Below are positions 15,837 through 16,064 of a DNA stretch of 16,064 bases, piece after piece. A program made the translations under genes and the position numbers. The stretch's first letter is position 1. Every line of letters begins with the position of its first letter. Below the pieces are notes generated by a model. It worked only from the letters and a program-made list of their open reading frames with translations. It did no database searches and had not been told where the DNA came from. The stretch lies in contig JBBRLI010000039.1 of assembly GCA_038231455.1 (NCBI GenBank), forward strand, positions 1 to 16,064, given 5' to 3'. This stretch comes from Vulcanimicrobiales bacterium. Lineage in GTDB: Bacteria; Vulcanimicrobiota; Vulcanimicrobiia; Vulcanimicrobiales; Vulcanimicrobiaceae.

Positions 15837-15912
15837 GGCTCGGGGTGTTAGTAGCACCGCCGAGCCGCTGTGTATGCGACGCATCTTAGCGCGACGATCG
15901 GCGCGTTGTAAA
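15837..15912 (-). promoter_or_regulatory. Promoter plus structured 5' leader of the island's leftward operon
   Basis: TTTACA(15912-15907)-18 nt-TAAGAT(15888-15883), then the hairpin GGCTCGG-C-GGTG-CTACTAA-CACC-CCGAGCC (15866-15837). Confidence 0.55.
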
Positions 15913-16064
15913 GCGTTTCGCGAAAGATTGCGAGCGATGCAAAAACGTAAACAAATCAGCTCTTTACGCCATTCGGCAAGCCAGTAGCCTACGCATCGCC
16001 GCGACCGCTGATCTGATCCGGACGCATGCACTCCGACTCGGCATGACCGCGGTCACGGGACACG

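Larger units (their letters stand above)
14334..16064. mobile_element. Left part of a putative integrative element/prophage-like island inserted in selC
   Basis: Begins at the broken anticodon loop. Phased repeats follow, and content switches from conserved genes to short orphan ORFs. No integrase is visible in the window. Confidence 0.6.

Overview
GC-rich bacterial chromosomal window bounded by mobile DNA at both ends. Left end (1-~800): the 3' end of an IS3/IS481-type transposase and its terminal repeat, inserted into an AT-richer RelE/HigB(Gp49)-like toxin gene that also carries an in-frame TAG. 821-5315 (minus): a complete hcmB-hcl-meaH-hcmA operon for B12-dependent 2-hydroxyisobutyrate use. 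The diagnostic residues HcmA Ile90/Asp117 and HCL Tyr164/Ser239 fall at the numbering I recall for the characterised Aquincola enzymes. Middle: DUF1289 protein, small secreted cationic peptide, GH25 muramidase, typA, a membrane protein/winged-helix regulator/uppS-paralog operon with a candidate operator, SF2 helicase, Rrf2 regulator, DUF962 protein and an MscS-cNMP channel. Right end: the 5' half of a tRNA-Sec (selC) gene that stops exactly after its anticodon loop (14303-14340). It is followed by 10-bp-phased repeats, a hairpin and orphan phage-like genes, which looks like an integrative element that split selC without restoring it at this junction. No database searches were run; family calls rest on motifs I recognise, and several start codons were reassigned from RBS and overlap evidence.
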